A stretch of DNA of 64,000 nucleotides, taken from contig JABIRL010000080.1 of assembly GCA_018667855.1 (NCBI GenBank), positions 10,341-74,340 of the forward strand, given 5' to 3'. The position numbers were made by a program, and so were the translations under genes. Shown here in pieces: positions 47,460 through 57,451 of the stretch. Position 1 is the first letter of the stretch; every line of letters starts with the position of its first letter. Origin of the DNA: Rhodospirillaceae bacterium (GTDB lineage: Bacteria; Pseudomonadota; Alphaproteobacteria; GCA-2731375). The notes beneath the pieces were generated by a model. It saw only the letters and a list, made by a program, of their open reading frames with translations. It was not told the origin of the DNA and did no database searches.

Positions 47460-49046
47460 TCAATAACCTAGCGCGCAGCCGTCCTTGCGCGGATCAGAGG
47501 CGCCGGCGAGGGTGCCGTTTTCCCAATCGACGGCGATCAACTGGCCGCCGCCCCAGGGCATCTCCGGGCGCCCCACCTCATGGCCCAGGGCCTTTAGACC
47601 AGCCACGATGTCATCGCCCAGGCCGCGTTCCACATCCAGACGGCCCTCGACGTGAAATACCCTGGCGCTGTCGATGGCTTCCTGCGGGTCCATGCCGAAG
47701 TCGATCAGGTTGGTCAGCACGTGGGCATGACCGACCGGCTGATAGCCGCCGCCCATGATACCGTAGCAATAGGCGACTTTGCCGTCCTTCATGCACATAC
47801 CGGGGATAATGGTATGCAGCGGCCGTTTGCGCGGCGCCACGTTGTTGGGGTGTCCCGGATCAACCACAAATCCGGCGCCCCGGTTTTGCAACATGACGCC
47901 GGAGCGCGGCGCGGCGATGCCGGAACCAAACGGCATATAAAGCGAATTGATGAAAGAACAGGCGTTACGGTCCTTGTCCACCACGCTCATATAAATGGTA
48001 TCGCGATAGACGGGCCCGGTGGCTTCCGGCGCTTCAATGGCGCTGTCCAGGCTGATCTGCGCCCGCATTTCGGCCGCGAATTCCGCCGACAGCATATGCT
48101 CGACAGGCACATCGGCCTGGCGCTGGTCGGCGACAAAGCGGTCGCGGGCGGCATAGGCCATGCGCGAGGCCTCGGTCTCCAGATGCAGGCGCGCCACGCC
48201 ATTGGGGTCCATGCTGGCCAGATCATAGTCTTCCAGGATGTTCAACATCATCAGGGCGGTGATGCCCTGACCATTCGGCGGGATCTGCAACATGGTATGA
48301 CCGCGATAGCCCGTCGATATCGGCGTGACATATTCGCCGCGCATCTCCGCCAGATCGTCCAGGGCATGACAACCGCCCAGGCCGGAAAGATATTCCACTA
48401 TATCCTCGGCCACCCAACCTTCATAGAAGCCTTCGCGGCCCTTTTGGGCGACAGTGCGCAGGGTTTCGGCCAACTCCGGCAAACGCCAGATCTCCCCGGC
48501 TTTCGGCGCCCGGCCGTCTTTCAGGTATTTCGCCGCCGCCGAAGGATCGGCCGACAGCTTCGCCACATTGCGGTTCCAATCCACGGCGACGCGCGGTGTG
48601 ACCGCATAGCCGTTTTCGGCATAGTCGATGGCCGGCTGCAGGGCCTGGTCCAGGTCGATGGTGCCATGGTCGCGCAATAGCATGTCCCAGGCATCAATGG
48701 CGCCGGGTACGGATACGGCGTGGGGCGAGGTTATGGGGATGCTGTCGATACCCTGATCCAGCAAATGCTCCGCCGTCAGTCCCTTCGGCGCCCAGCCGGA
48801 GCCGTTCAGGCCGATCACCTCCGGCCCACCGCCGGGCGCCAGCAGGGCGAAACAGTCGCCGCCGATACCGGTCGACATGGGCTCCACCACGCATTGCACG
48901 GCACAGGCGGTGACGGCGGCGTCCACCGCATTGCCACCGCGGCGCAGCACATCCAGCGCGGCCAGCGTGCTGAGAGGGTGGGAGGTCGCCGCCATGCCAT
49001 TTTTGGTATGGACTGTTGAGCGGCCGGGAAGTTGTAAATCGCGCAT
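47460..49046 (-). CDS. ggt: Gamma-glutamyltransferase
   Basis: GGNAVDAA, GIGGDCF, PPNGQG, DTIY, QNRG, RPLHTIIP, SDPRKDG. Confidence 0.94.
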   Translation of the reverse strand: MRDLQLPGRSTVHTKNGMAATSHPLSTLAALDVLRRGGNAVDAAVTACAVQCVVEPMSTGIGGDCFALLAPGGGPEVIGLNGSGWAPKGLTAEHLLDQGIDSIPITSPHAVSVPGAIDAWDMLLRDHGTIDLDQALQPAIDYAENGYAVTPRVAVDWNRNVAKLSADPSAAAKYLKDGRAPKAGEIWRLPELAETLRTVAQKGREGFYEGWVAEDIVEYLSGLGGCHALDDLAEMRGEYVTPISTGYRGHTMLQIPPNGQGITALMMLNILEDYDLASMDPNGVARLHLETEASRMAYAARDRFVADQRQADVPVEHMLSAEFAAEMRAQISLDSAIEAPEATGPVYRDTIYMSVVDKDRNACSFINSLYMPFGSGIAAPRSGVMLQNRGAGFVVDPGHPNNVAPRKRPLHTIIPGMCMKDGKVAYCYGIMGGGYQPVGHAHVLTNLIDFGMDPQEAIDSARVFHVEGRLDVERGLGDDIVAGLKALGHEVGRPEMPWGGGQLIAVDWENGTLAGASDPRKDGCALGY

Positions 49047-49164
49047 GACTGGAACCTCATCAACAAACAATTGGCCCGGATCTTGGGTTCACCCACCGGG
49101 CCGAAGTTGGCTTCATGCCAATCCGGTGCGGATTTGTCCAGGTCTGGTCAGGAAAAGGCCGGGG

Positions 49165-50157
49165 TCAGCCGAGTTTTTCCTTCATCAAGGCCATCAGGTC
49201 CGCTTCCGGACGGGCGCCCATATGTGAAATCACTTCAGCCGCGGCGATCCCCGCCATGCGGCCGCATTCGGGCAGCTCACGCCCGGCGGTCATGCCCGTC
49301 AAAAAGCCCGATGCGTACAGATCGCCGGCGCCTGTCGTATCAATAATCCTGTCCACAGGCTCGGCATCAATGATGTGCACTTCTTCGCCGGCGACGATGA
49401 CCGCGCCTTTTTCCGAACGGGTCAGCGCGGCAATCTCGCAATGACCCCGCACCGATTGCATGGCGGCGTCGAAATTATCGACCTGATACAGCGACGTAAT
49501 TTCATCTTCATTGGCGAACAGAATGTCCACATGATGCTCGACCAGATCAAGGAATTCGTCCCGGTGGCGATCGACGCAAAAACCATCCGACAGGCTCAAG
49601 GCCACTTTTCGGCCGGCGGCCCGGGCCGCGCCCATAGCCTTCAGAAAGGCTTCCTTGGCGCCTTCGGGATCCCAAAGATACCCCTCCAGGTAGGTGACGG
49701 CGGAGCTGGCGACCAGATCTTCATCCACGTCCTCCGGCCCCAGTTCAACACAGGCGCCCAGAAATGTATTCATGGTGCGTTTGGCATCCGGGGTGACGGA
49801 GATCAGGCAACGTGCCGTCGGCGCGCCGCCGGTAGCGGGCGCGGAATGAAAATCGACACCAACGGCGCGAATGTCGTGGGCGAATATCCGGCCAAGCTGG
49901 TCGTCCCGCACCTTGCCGACAAAACAGGATCGCCCCCCCAGAGCGGCGACCCCCGCCACTGTGTTCGCGGCCGAGCCCCCGGACCTTTCAGTGCCCGCCC
50001 CCATGGCGGCATAAAGCTCTTCGGCGCGGACCGCGTCGATCAATGTCATGGCGCCTTTGGCCATGTCATGTTCTTCTAAAAATGCATCTTCCGCCGGCGC
50101 GAGCACGTCAACAATTGCGTTGCCAATGCCAAGTACGTCGTAACTGATTTCCGCCAT
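49165..50157 (-). CDS. PfkB-family adenosine/carbohydrate kinase
   Basis: GNAIVD, GGSAANT, RTMNTFLGA, DTTGAGDLYA. Confidence 0.92.
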   Translation of the reverse strand: MAEISYDVLGIGNAIVDVLAPAEDAFLEEHDMAKGAMTLIDAVRAEELYAAMGAGTERSGGSAANTVAGVAALGGRSCFVGKVRDDQLGRIFAHDIRAVGVDFHSAPATGGAPTARCLISVTPDAKRTMNTFLGACVELGPEDVDEDLVASSAVTYLEGYLWDPEGAKEAFLKAMGAARAAGRKVALSLSDGFCVDRHRDEFLDLVEHHVDILFANEDEITSLYQVDNFDAAMQSVRGHCEIAALTRSEKGAVIVAGEEVHIIDAEPVDRIIDTTGAGDLYASGFLTGMTAGRELPECGRMAGIAAAEVISHMGARPEADLMALMKEKLG

Positions 50158-50253
50158 TGCTGCGTCTCACTCTTGCGATATTAGGCCCGCGCAGTATAGA
50201 AGGCACTTCGCAGGGTGCAAGCCAAGCCTGCAATAAATGGTTAGGAGGATCGT

Positions 50254-51681
50254 ATGACCGAATTGTGGCAAAAATCCGCCAACGAAATGGTGACGTTGCT
50301 GAAGGGCGGCCAGATCCGGCCCAGCGAAGCGGTGGATGCCGCAGCCCAACGGATTGAGGCGACCAACGGCGCGGTCAATTCCATGGTTACGCTCTGTCTG
50401 GACCGGGCGCAGGACTATGCCGCACGGATCGAGGCCCAGGGACACCCCGAGCGGCCGGGGCCTGGCTATCTGTATGGCTTGCCGATCTCGGTTAAGGATC
50501 TTCAACACGTGGAGGGCGTGCTTTGTACCGAAGGTTCACCCATTTATGCTGATCGTGTTTCACCCGAATCGGACATGCTGGTACAGAGCCTGGAAAATAA
50601 TGGCGCCATTGTTGTCGGTAAATCCAACACCCCGGAATTCGGCGCCGGCGCCAACACCTTCAATGAAGTCTTCGGCGCCACCCTTAACCCGTGGGATACG
50701 CGCATGACCTGCGGCGGCTCTTCCGGCGGCGCGGCCGTCAGTCTGGCCACCGGCCAGACCTGGCTGGCCACGGGTAGCGATTTGGGCGGCTCCCTTCGCA
50801 TTCCCGGCGCCTTTTGTTCCGTGGTCGGCTTTCGCCCCAGCCCCGGGCGCTGTCCGCGCGGTACCTCGACCTATCTGGGCCGTTTCAATGATCTGGGGGT
50901 GGTTGGGCCCATGGCCCGCAACGTCGCCGATGTGGCCCTGATGCTGGACGCCATGGTGGGTCAGTATGCCCACGACCCGATCTCCCTGCCGGTACCGAAC
51001 GAGCCGTTTCAACAGGCCGCACAGACCGCCACGCCGCCGCGGCGGATCGGGTGGAGCGCCACGCTGGGCATTGCGCCCGTTGAACCGGAAGTTGCTGAAA
51101 TATGCGCCGCCGCGGCCGCTTCTTTTGGCGATCTTGGCACCGATGTGGATGAAGCCACCCCGGATTTCACCGGTGCCACCGAGATGTTTCTGGCATTTCG
51201 CGGCGCCATGTTCGTCGCCGGCCACGGCCGCCATATAGCCGAACATCGCGACCAGTTGAAACCGGAAGTGATCTGGAATTACGAATACGGCCTGGCCCGC
51301 ACGCCCGAGGATATGGCCCGGGCGCAACTGACCAGGGCCCGCATTCATGTCAGCATGTGCGAATTTTTTGAGACCTATGATTTGCTGGTGACCCCAACCG
51401 TGATGACGCCGCCCTTCCCGGTGGAGACCCGTTATCTGGAAGAAGTCGCCGGCGTGAAATTCGACAATTATATTGAATGGCTGATGCATACCTTTGTCAT
51501 CACGCCGTCGGGTTGTCCGGCCGTCTCCATTCCGTGCGGTTTCACCAAGGATGGACTGCCGGTCGGTTTGCAACTCGTCGCACCCCCTCGGGGCGAGGCG
51601 GCGTTACTTTCAGCCGCCGCGGCGTTCGAAGCGAACCAGCGTTTGCAATGGCAAACACCAATCGATCCGCGTGTGAAATGA
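50254..51681 (+). CDS. Amidase (amidase-signature family)
   Basis: SVKD, GKSNTPEFG, GGSSGGAA, GSDLGGSLR. Confidence 0.94.
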   Translation: MTELWQKSANEMVTLLKGGQIRPSEAVDAAAQRIEATNGAVNSMVTLCLDRAQDYAARIEAQGHPERPGPGYLYGLPISVKDLQHVEGVLCTEGSPIYADRVSPESDMLVQSLENNGAIVVGKSNTPEFGAGANTFNEVFGATLNPWDTRMTCGGSSGGAAVSLATGQTWLATGSDLGGSLRIPGAFCSVVGFRPSPGRCPRGTSTYLGRFNDLGVVGPMARNVADVALMLDAMVGQYAHDPISLPVPNEPFQQAAQTATPPRRIGWSATLGIAPVEPEVAEICAAAAASFGDLGTDVDEATPDFTGATEMFLAFRGAMFVAGHGRHIAEHRDQLKPEVIWNYEYGLARTPEDMARAQLTRARIHVSMCEFFETYDLLVTPTVMTPPFPVETRYLEEVAGVKFDNYIEWLMHTFVITPSGCPAVSIPCGFTKDGLPVGLQLVAPPRGEAALLSAAAAFEANQRLQWQTPIDPRVK

Positions 51682-51798
51682 AATTGTATTCCGCATAAGT
51701 GAATGTCACCCTTCTAATTTGGGTCGGGGTGCTTACATCTCCCTGAACCGACACTTGATCGATGCTTGATCGACAATCGTTAGCAAAAGGGCCAATGC

Positions 51799-52494
51799 AT
51801 GCTGTTCCACGCCGCCGCTCTTACCCTGGGACAAATCGCCGACCCGGTATTTCGGGGTGTGGTGATCAAAAGCGTTCTGTTCACACTCTGCCTGTTCACC
51901 GGTTTGACCGTGGTGTTCTATATGGCCCGCCCGGACGTTACCTATTTTGAATGGGAATGGCTGAACAGCCTCGCCGAAGTTGGCGGCTCTCTTGCCTTTT
52001 TTGCTTTCCTGGTCCTGTCATTTTCAATGACCGCAACTTTGATCGGCGGCATCTTCCTGGACGATATCGCCGAAGCGGTTGAAAGCCGCCATTATCCGGG
52101 CGGACCACCCGGTCGATCGGCTGAGTTTTCAAAAACCCTGGCGGTTTCCATCCGGTTTATCGGCGTGACGATATTACTGAATGTGATCGCCCTGCCGCTT
52201 TATTTGATTGCGCTGTTGTTTCCCCCGCTTTTTGCCTGTATTTTCTATGGCTTAAACGGTTATCTTCTATCTCGAGAGTATTTTGAGCTTGTAAGCCTTA
52301 GACATCAGGATGTAAAAGCGGCTCAGCAGTTGCGAAAGGCTAACAGACTTAAGGTTTTCTTGGCTGGTGTCGTTATCGCATTCCTGATTACGGTGCCAAT
52401 CGTTAATTTGTTCGTACCGATCTTGGCCACCGCGTTCATGTTGCATATTTTCAAGGCCCTGCAGGGAACAAGATCAGTTGAAACCGTGTCCTGA
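51799..52494 (+). CDS. EI24/CysZ-like membrane protein
   Basis: FLDDIAEAVESRHYP, NGYLLSREYF, VPIVNL. Confidence 0.88.
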   Translation: MLFHAAALTLGQIADPVFRGVVIKSVLFTLCLFTGLTVVFYMARPDVTYFEWEWLNSLAEVGGSLAFFAFLVLSFSMTATLIGGIFLDDIAEAVESRHYPGGPPGRSAEFSKTLAVSIRFIGVTILLNVIALPLYLIALLFPPLFACIFYGLNGYLLSREYFELVSLRHQDVKAAQQLRKANRLKVFLAGVVIAFLITVPIVNLFVPILATAFMLHIFKALQGTRSVETVS

Positions 52495-52552
52495 GTGTCA
52501 CATCGTCATTTGACGCATCAGGATTGCAACCGATAGGAACAGGAAACAGAGC

Positions 52553-53035
52553 ATGGCTAACGAAGAGGGCACCACAAGCGCATCGTCCACATTTCGCCCC
52601 GAAATCACCCGTCGCTTGCCCGATCTTCGCGGCGGTCCACTCGGCGGCCAGCCCGATACAGCTAATGAAAGCGGCAACAAGCTGATTGTTGGCCAGGATA
52701 TTGTCCTGAATGGACAAATTACCGCCTGCGATCAATTGGTGGTCGAGGGCCGGGTGGAGGCAGCCCTGGAAAATTCCCAATCCATCGAAATCTCCGAGAC
52801 CGGCTTCTTCAAAGGTTCGGCTGTGATCGAGGAAGCCACGATCAGTGGCAATTTTGAGGGCAATTTGACCGTGCGCGGCGAGTTGACGGTCAAGGCCACG
52901 GGCCGCATCCAGGGCGAAATCCGCTACGGCAAACTGTGCATCGAATCGGGTGGTCAGATTATCGGCACGGTTGAAGCCTTACCGGGCGGCAATGTTGCGT
53001 CCGTGACGCCGGCAGCCGTGGGCGAGGATGGTTGA
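52553..53035 (+). CDS. Bactofilin (polymer-forming cytoskeletal protein)
   Basis: Beta-helix repeats LIVGQDIVLNG, LVVEGRVE, GRIQGEIRYGKLCIESGG. Confidence 0.9.
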   Translation: MANEEGTTSASSTFRPEITRRLPDLRGGPLGGQPDTANESGNKLIVGQDIVLNGQITACDQLVVEGRVEAALENSQSIEISETGFFKGSAVIEEATISGNFEGNLTVRGELTVKATGRIQGEIRYGKLCIESGGQIIGTVEALPGGNVASVTPAAVGEDG

Positions 53036-53688
53036 CCCCGTTGCGACGAATGAATTCATGCATGGTTCCTAAGGGCATATTTGCGCCCTATCTTTGCCTG
53101 ACCGCGGGATTATGGTTGGCCGCCTGTACCGGCGACCAGGCGGCCGGACCGATTGAACGGCCGGTCGCACATGTGCCGGACACGGCCTATGAAGTGCCTG
53201 ATGGCACCACCGTGCCCAGCCCCGCGCCCACCTACGAACCACGGCGTCATTCACCACGAACGCCGCAAACACCAGTACTGAACGCTGATCCCGTTACCCG
53301 CCCGGCCGAGTTGTTTCGGCCGCCCACGGTCACCCAACCCGCCGTACGGCCGGAACCGGCGCCCGATACCCGACCGCGGCCACAAATGAAATTGCGGCAG
53401 CTGGTTGGCCTCGACCGGAATGGTTTGTCACAATTGCTGGGAAAACCGACGCTGTTGCGCCGTGAGACACAGGCTGAGGTCTGGCAATATGCCGCTAAGA
53501 ATTGCGCCCTGCATGTATTTCTCTATCGCAGCGATAACGACGGCCCCTATCAGGTGGCTTATGTAACGGCGACCCGGCGCAGCCAGCCGCAGGCCCTGCA
53601 ACCCGCCGGCACAGCGGCCCTGCCATTTCAAAACAGATGCCTCGGCCGCCTTCTCCACAGGTTCACGACCGCGAATAAAACCAGCTGA
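53032..53688 (+). CDS. Pro-rich hypothetical lipoprotein
   Basis: LAAC lipobox, Pro-rich linker, LLGKP..RRE..AEVWQY...C.L.VFLY domain; start uncertain. Confidence 0.7.
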   Translation: MTPLRRMNSCMVPKGIFAPYLCLTAGLWLAACTGDQAAGPIERPVAHVPDTAYEVPDGTTVPSPAPTYEPRRHSPRTPQTPVLNADPVTRPAELFRPPTVTQPAVRPEPAPDTRPRPQMKLRQLVGLDRNGLSQLLGKPTLLRRETQAEVWQYAAKNCALHVFLYRSDNDGPYQVAYVTATRRSQPQALQPAGTAALPFQNRCLGRLLHRFTTANKTS

Positions 53689-53703
53689 ACGGTCGCCAAA
53701 GCA

Positions 53704-54591
53704 CTACTCAGCCATCGACAGCACCGCGTCCGCGAACGCTTCCGGTGCTTCCTGGGGTAAATTATGGCCGACGCTGGGAATGACATCCCGCCGATAGGCA
53801 CCGGAGAAGAAGCGTTCGTGACCGGCGCAGCCCTGGGACGACATGACGCCGTCGCCGGCTCCGTCCATGGCGATCGTGGGGACCGTTATCAGGGGGCGTT
53901 CGGCTAAACGGGCCTCTATCTCCGCCACCGCCGGATCGCCCGCTACCAAGGCATAGCGGTGGCGGTAGGAATGGATCACCACCGCGACAAAATCCGGATT
54001 CTCGAAAGATGCCGCCGTGCGGTCGTATGTGGCATCGTCAAAGGTCCAGTTGGGCGACCAGAGCCGCCACAACAACTTGCAATAAGGATGGCGGTTCGCT
54101 TCCAGGCCGGCGCGTCCGCGCTCGCTGTGAAAATAATACTGGTACCAGAACTTATGCTCCATCTCGGGCGGCGCGGGGCGATTGGAACCGGCGATATTCT
54201 GGATGTTATAGCCGTTGCAGCTGACCAGACCGGCGACCCGTTCCGGCCATAGGGCGGCAACGACGCAGGCGGCGCGTCCGCCCCAATCATAGCCGCCCAG
54301 GACAGCCCGCTCCATGCCCAGGGCATCCATCAGAGCGCGTAGATCATCACCCAGAGCGGCCTGTTCGCCGGAGCGGGGGGTCGCGGCAGAGAGAAACCGC
54401 GTCGGGCCATAGCCGCGTAGATAGGGCACGATTACCCGGCAGCCGGCAGCCGCCAGACACGGCGCGACCTCATCATAGGCGTGAATATCATAGGGGAAAC
54501 CGTGCAGCAGGATGACGGCCCGGCCAGCCGGCGGCCCCCATTCCTGGTACGCCACATTCAGAATTCCGGCATCTATGAAGTTGACTTCCAT
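53704..54591 (-). CDS. alpha/beta hydrolase, epoxide hydrolase-like
   Basis: LLHGFP, RGYG, GYDWGG (Asp nucleophile), GHNLPQEAP. Confidence 0.9.
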   Translation of the reverse strand: MEVNFIDAGILNVAYQEWGPPAGRAVILLHGFPYDIHAYDEVAPCLAAAGCRVIVPYLRGYGPTRFLSAATPRSGEQAALGDDLRALMDALGMERAVLGGYDWGGRAACVVAALWPERVAGLVSCNGYNIQNIAGSNRPAPPEMEHKFWYQYYFHSERGRAGLEANRHPYCKLLWRLWSPNWTFDDATYDRTAASFENPDFVAVVIHSYRHRYALVAGDPAVAEIEARLAERPLITVPTIAMDGAGDGVMSSQGCAGHERFFSGAYRRDVIPSVGHNLPQEAPEAFADAVLSMAE

Positions 54592-55017
54592 CTATTCCAG
54601 TTCCCGGATCAAGGTGATGATATTCTGTCCGTCTACGCGGCGGTAGTTAGCGCCATGCACCAGGTTGCGGACCAGGTGAATGCCAAGGCCGGCAACTTCC
54701 CGTTCCTCGATCGGCAGTTCGACGTTAGGCGTCGCCGCGCTCAGGGGATCAAACGGGATGCCGTCATCCGTGATCGTAACATGCACCTCCGCACCGAGAC
54801 GCGCCATGACAATCGCGATCTCGTGGCGGCCCCGGTCCGGATAGCCGTAAAAGATGATGTTGGACAGCATTTCATCGAAGATCAGGCTGAAACGGGTGAT
54901 GGTGGCGGACGGCACGGCACAGGCGGCGGCGAAGCTCGCGAAGGCACTGGTAACCGTGGCGATTTCAGCCAAGTCGTTCAAGATCACGATCTGCCGTTCG
55001 GCGTTTTGTTCCGTCAT
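54592..55017 (-). CDS. RsbW-like anti-sigma factor / Ser kinase (HATPase)
   Basis: DEMLSNII, DDGIPFDP, GLGIHLVR, N.ITL. Confidence 0.88.
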   Translation of the reverse strand: MTEQNAERQIVILNDLAEIATVTSAFASFAAACAVPSATITRFSLIFDEMLSNIIFYGYPDRGRHEIAIVMARLGAEVHVTITDDGIPFDPLSAATPNVELPIEEREVAGLGIHLVRNLVHGANYRRVDGQNIITLIRELE

Positions 55018-55236
55018 TCCATCGTACCCGTCGCGACGCCCTCCAACCATCAAAACGACCGCGCCGGCCAGCGTAGAGCAATTTTCGCTCGCATGGAATC
55101 GCGAAGCGATTCTAAGTATTTGCAAAATTTACCCTGCTTCGTAGGCACCAGAACATAATCGTCCCCCTGGGCAATCCTTCCTGATCGGGTAAGATATGCC
55201 GCAACAACCAAATTCAAAACGTAAGAGAGACAAAAA

Positions 55237-56205
55237 ATGAAAAAGCGCGTCATGGTGCAATTGCCGATCAGCGACGGCCTGAAAGCCGTATTTGATGGTC
55301 GGGATGATATTGAAGTTGAGCTTTTCACTGAACTGAGCGAAGACAATATTTTTCAGCATATCGGCAATTACGATGCCGTGATCCTGGGCATCGCGCCGCT
55401 GACCCCGCGCCTGATCGAGGCGGCGGACAAGCTGAAGATCGCCTCGCGGTTCGGCGTCGGCTATGACGCGGTCAATGTCCCGGCCCTGACGAAAGCGGGC
55501 ATACCGTTGTCCATCGCCGGCATCGCCAATTCGGTTACGGTCGCCGAACATGCGGTCTTTTTCATGCTGGCCCTGGCCAAACAGGCCATTGCCTATGACC
55601 GGGAAACCCGCACGGGGAATTGGGGCGTGCGCTGGGACTTTCCGGCGTTCGATCTGGCCGGGCGCACCGCCATGGTCCTTGGCTTCGGCAAGATCGGGCG
55701 GCGTCTGGTTAATCGCCTTGTCGCGATGGAGATGAATGTGCTGGTGCATGACCCCTATGTGATCCAAGACGGCATCGTCACCGCCGGGGCCACGCCCGTT
55801 GATGACTGGCGCGGCATGCTGGGTGAGATCGATTTCCTGTCCATCAACTGCATGAAGAACGAGGAAACCAACGGCATGGTCGGCTCGGCTGAATTGGCCG
55901 CCATGAAAAAAACCGCCTACGTGGTGAACACCGCCCGTGGCGGCATCGTGGACGAGGCGGCGCTTTACGATGCCCTGAAATCCAACAGCATCGCGGGCGC
56001 CGGGATCGATCCGTTCGTGGTGGAACCGGCCACGGTGGACAATCCCCTGTTTGAACTGGACAACATTATCGTCTCGCCCCATTCCGCCGGGGTGACCAAG
56101 GAATCAGTCTTCCGCATGGGCCAGATCGCGGCGCAGAATGTGGTCGACTGTTTCGACGGCAAGCTGGATCCCGCCAACGTCATCAACCAGGAAGTGTTGA
56201 AATAA
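55237..56205 (+). CDS. D-2-hydroxyacid dehydrogenase (SerA-like)
   Basis: RFGVGYD, VAEH, GFGKIG, NTARGG, SPHSAG. Confidence 0.92.
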   Translation: MKKRVMVQLPISDGLKAVFDGRDDIEVELFTELSEDNIFQHIGNYDAVILGIAPLTPRLIEAADKLKIASRFGVGYDAVNVPALTKAGIPLSIAGIANSVTVAEHAVFFMLALAKQAIAYDRETRTGNWGVRWDFPAFDLAGRTAMVLGFGKIGRRLVNRLVAMEMNVLVHDPYVIQDGIVTAGATPVDDWRGMLGEIDFLSINCMKNEETNGMVGSAELAAMKKTAYVVNTARGGIVDEAALYDALKSNSIAGAGIDPFVVEPATVDNPLFELDNIIVSPHSAGVTKESVFRMGQIAAQNVVDCFDGKLDPANVINQEVLK

Positions 56206-56209
56206 CGTC

Positions 56210-57451
56210 ATGCGCAAGGTTTTCCCCAAGACCGGCATCGACTGGCCGGCGCTGGAGGCGGAAATGGCCGCCCTGTCCGATGAGGATATCGACTGGCGCC
56301 ATGGCCGCGCGCCCCTGTACGTCTTTCATGGCAGCGATAGCGCTTATGAAGTCGGCCGCCAGGCATTCATGAAGTACTTTTCAGAGAATGCCCTGGGCGG
56401 TCGGCGGGCATTCTTCGGCCTGAAGCGCATGGAGGATGAAGTGATCGAGATGGGTTTGGACCTGTTCCAGGCCCCGGACGGCGCGGTCGGCAATATGTCG
56501 ACGGGCGGCAGCGAAAGCATCTTCATGGCGGTCAAGGCCTGTCGGGATTGGGCCCGCGGCCAAACCCGCCTGAAAGAGCCGTTCAACATTATTGCGCCGT
56601 TCACGGCCCATGCCGCCTTCAACAAGGCCGCCGACGTGATGGACCTGGAAGTACGCCGCCTGGATACGGCTGCGGACCGCCGCGCCGATGTGGGCGCCAT
56701 GGCGGCGGCTGTTGACGATAGCACCATCATGGTGGTCGGCTCGGCGCCATGTTTTCCCCATGGCGTCATCGACCACATTGAGGAGCTGAGCGCGCTGGCG
56801 TTGGATCGGGATATCTGGCTGCATGTGGATGCCTGCGTTGGCGGCTACGTGGCGCCGTTTTTCCAGCGCATGGGCCGGCGGATACCTCTCTATGATTTCG
56901 CCCTGCCGGGCGTGCGTACCTTGTCGGCCGATCTGCACAAATTCGGCTTTTGCCCGAAGCCAGCCTCGACCCTGTTCTATCGCCTTGAGGAGGACCGGGA
57001 GCGCGGCCTGTTCCATTTCGATCAATGGCCAAATGGTCAGTTTTCAACCGCGACGTTGTCGGGCACCCGGGCCGGCGGTGCGGTAGCGGCGGCCTGGGCG
57101 GTCATGCATCATCTGGGCGTGGACGGCTATACCGCCATCGCCCGTGACCTGGCGGCAATGGCGGATGCCTATGTGTCCGGGATCAAGGCCATTGACGGCC
57201 TATACCTGGTGGCTGACCCGGATCTGACCATCATCAATTTCGCGGCGGACGATTTCGATATCTTCTCCGTGGCCGAAGCCATGGGCACCCGCGGCTGGCT
57301 GCCTGGCCTGACCCAGAATCCGAAAGGCATGCATGCCATGCTGTCCATGTTCCACGAAACCGGACGAGAGGAATATCTGGCCGATCTGGAAAGTTGCGTC
57401 GAGCAGGTCAAGGGTACGAACAGCCAATCGGGCCTAAAGGCCGTCTATTGA
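56210..57451 (+). CDS. PLP-dependent group II decarboxylase / sphingosine-1-phosphate lyase-like
   Basis: GGSESI, AHAAFNKA, HVDACVGG, SADLHKFG, GTRAG. Confidence 0.9.
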   Translation: MRKVFPKTGIDWPALEAEMAALSDEDIDWRHGRAPLYVFHGSDSAYEVGRQAFMKYFSENALGGRRAFFGLKRMEDEVIEMGLDLFQAPDGAVGNMSTGGSESIFMAVKACRDWARGQTRLKEPFNIIAPFTAHAAFNKAADVMDLEVRRLDTAADRRADVGAMAAAVDDSTIMVVGSAPCFPHGVIDHIEELSALALDRDIWLHVDACVGGYVAPFFQRMGRRIPLYDFALPGVRTLSADLHKFGFCPKPASTLFYRLEEDRERGLFHFDQWPNGQFSTATLSGTRAGGAVAAAWAVMHHLGVDGYTAIARDLAAMADAYVSGIKAIDGLYLVADPDLTIINFAADDFDIFSVAEAMGTRGWLPGLTQNPKGMHAMLSMFHETGREEYLADLESCVEQVKGTNSQSGLKAVY

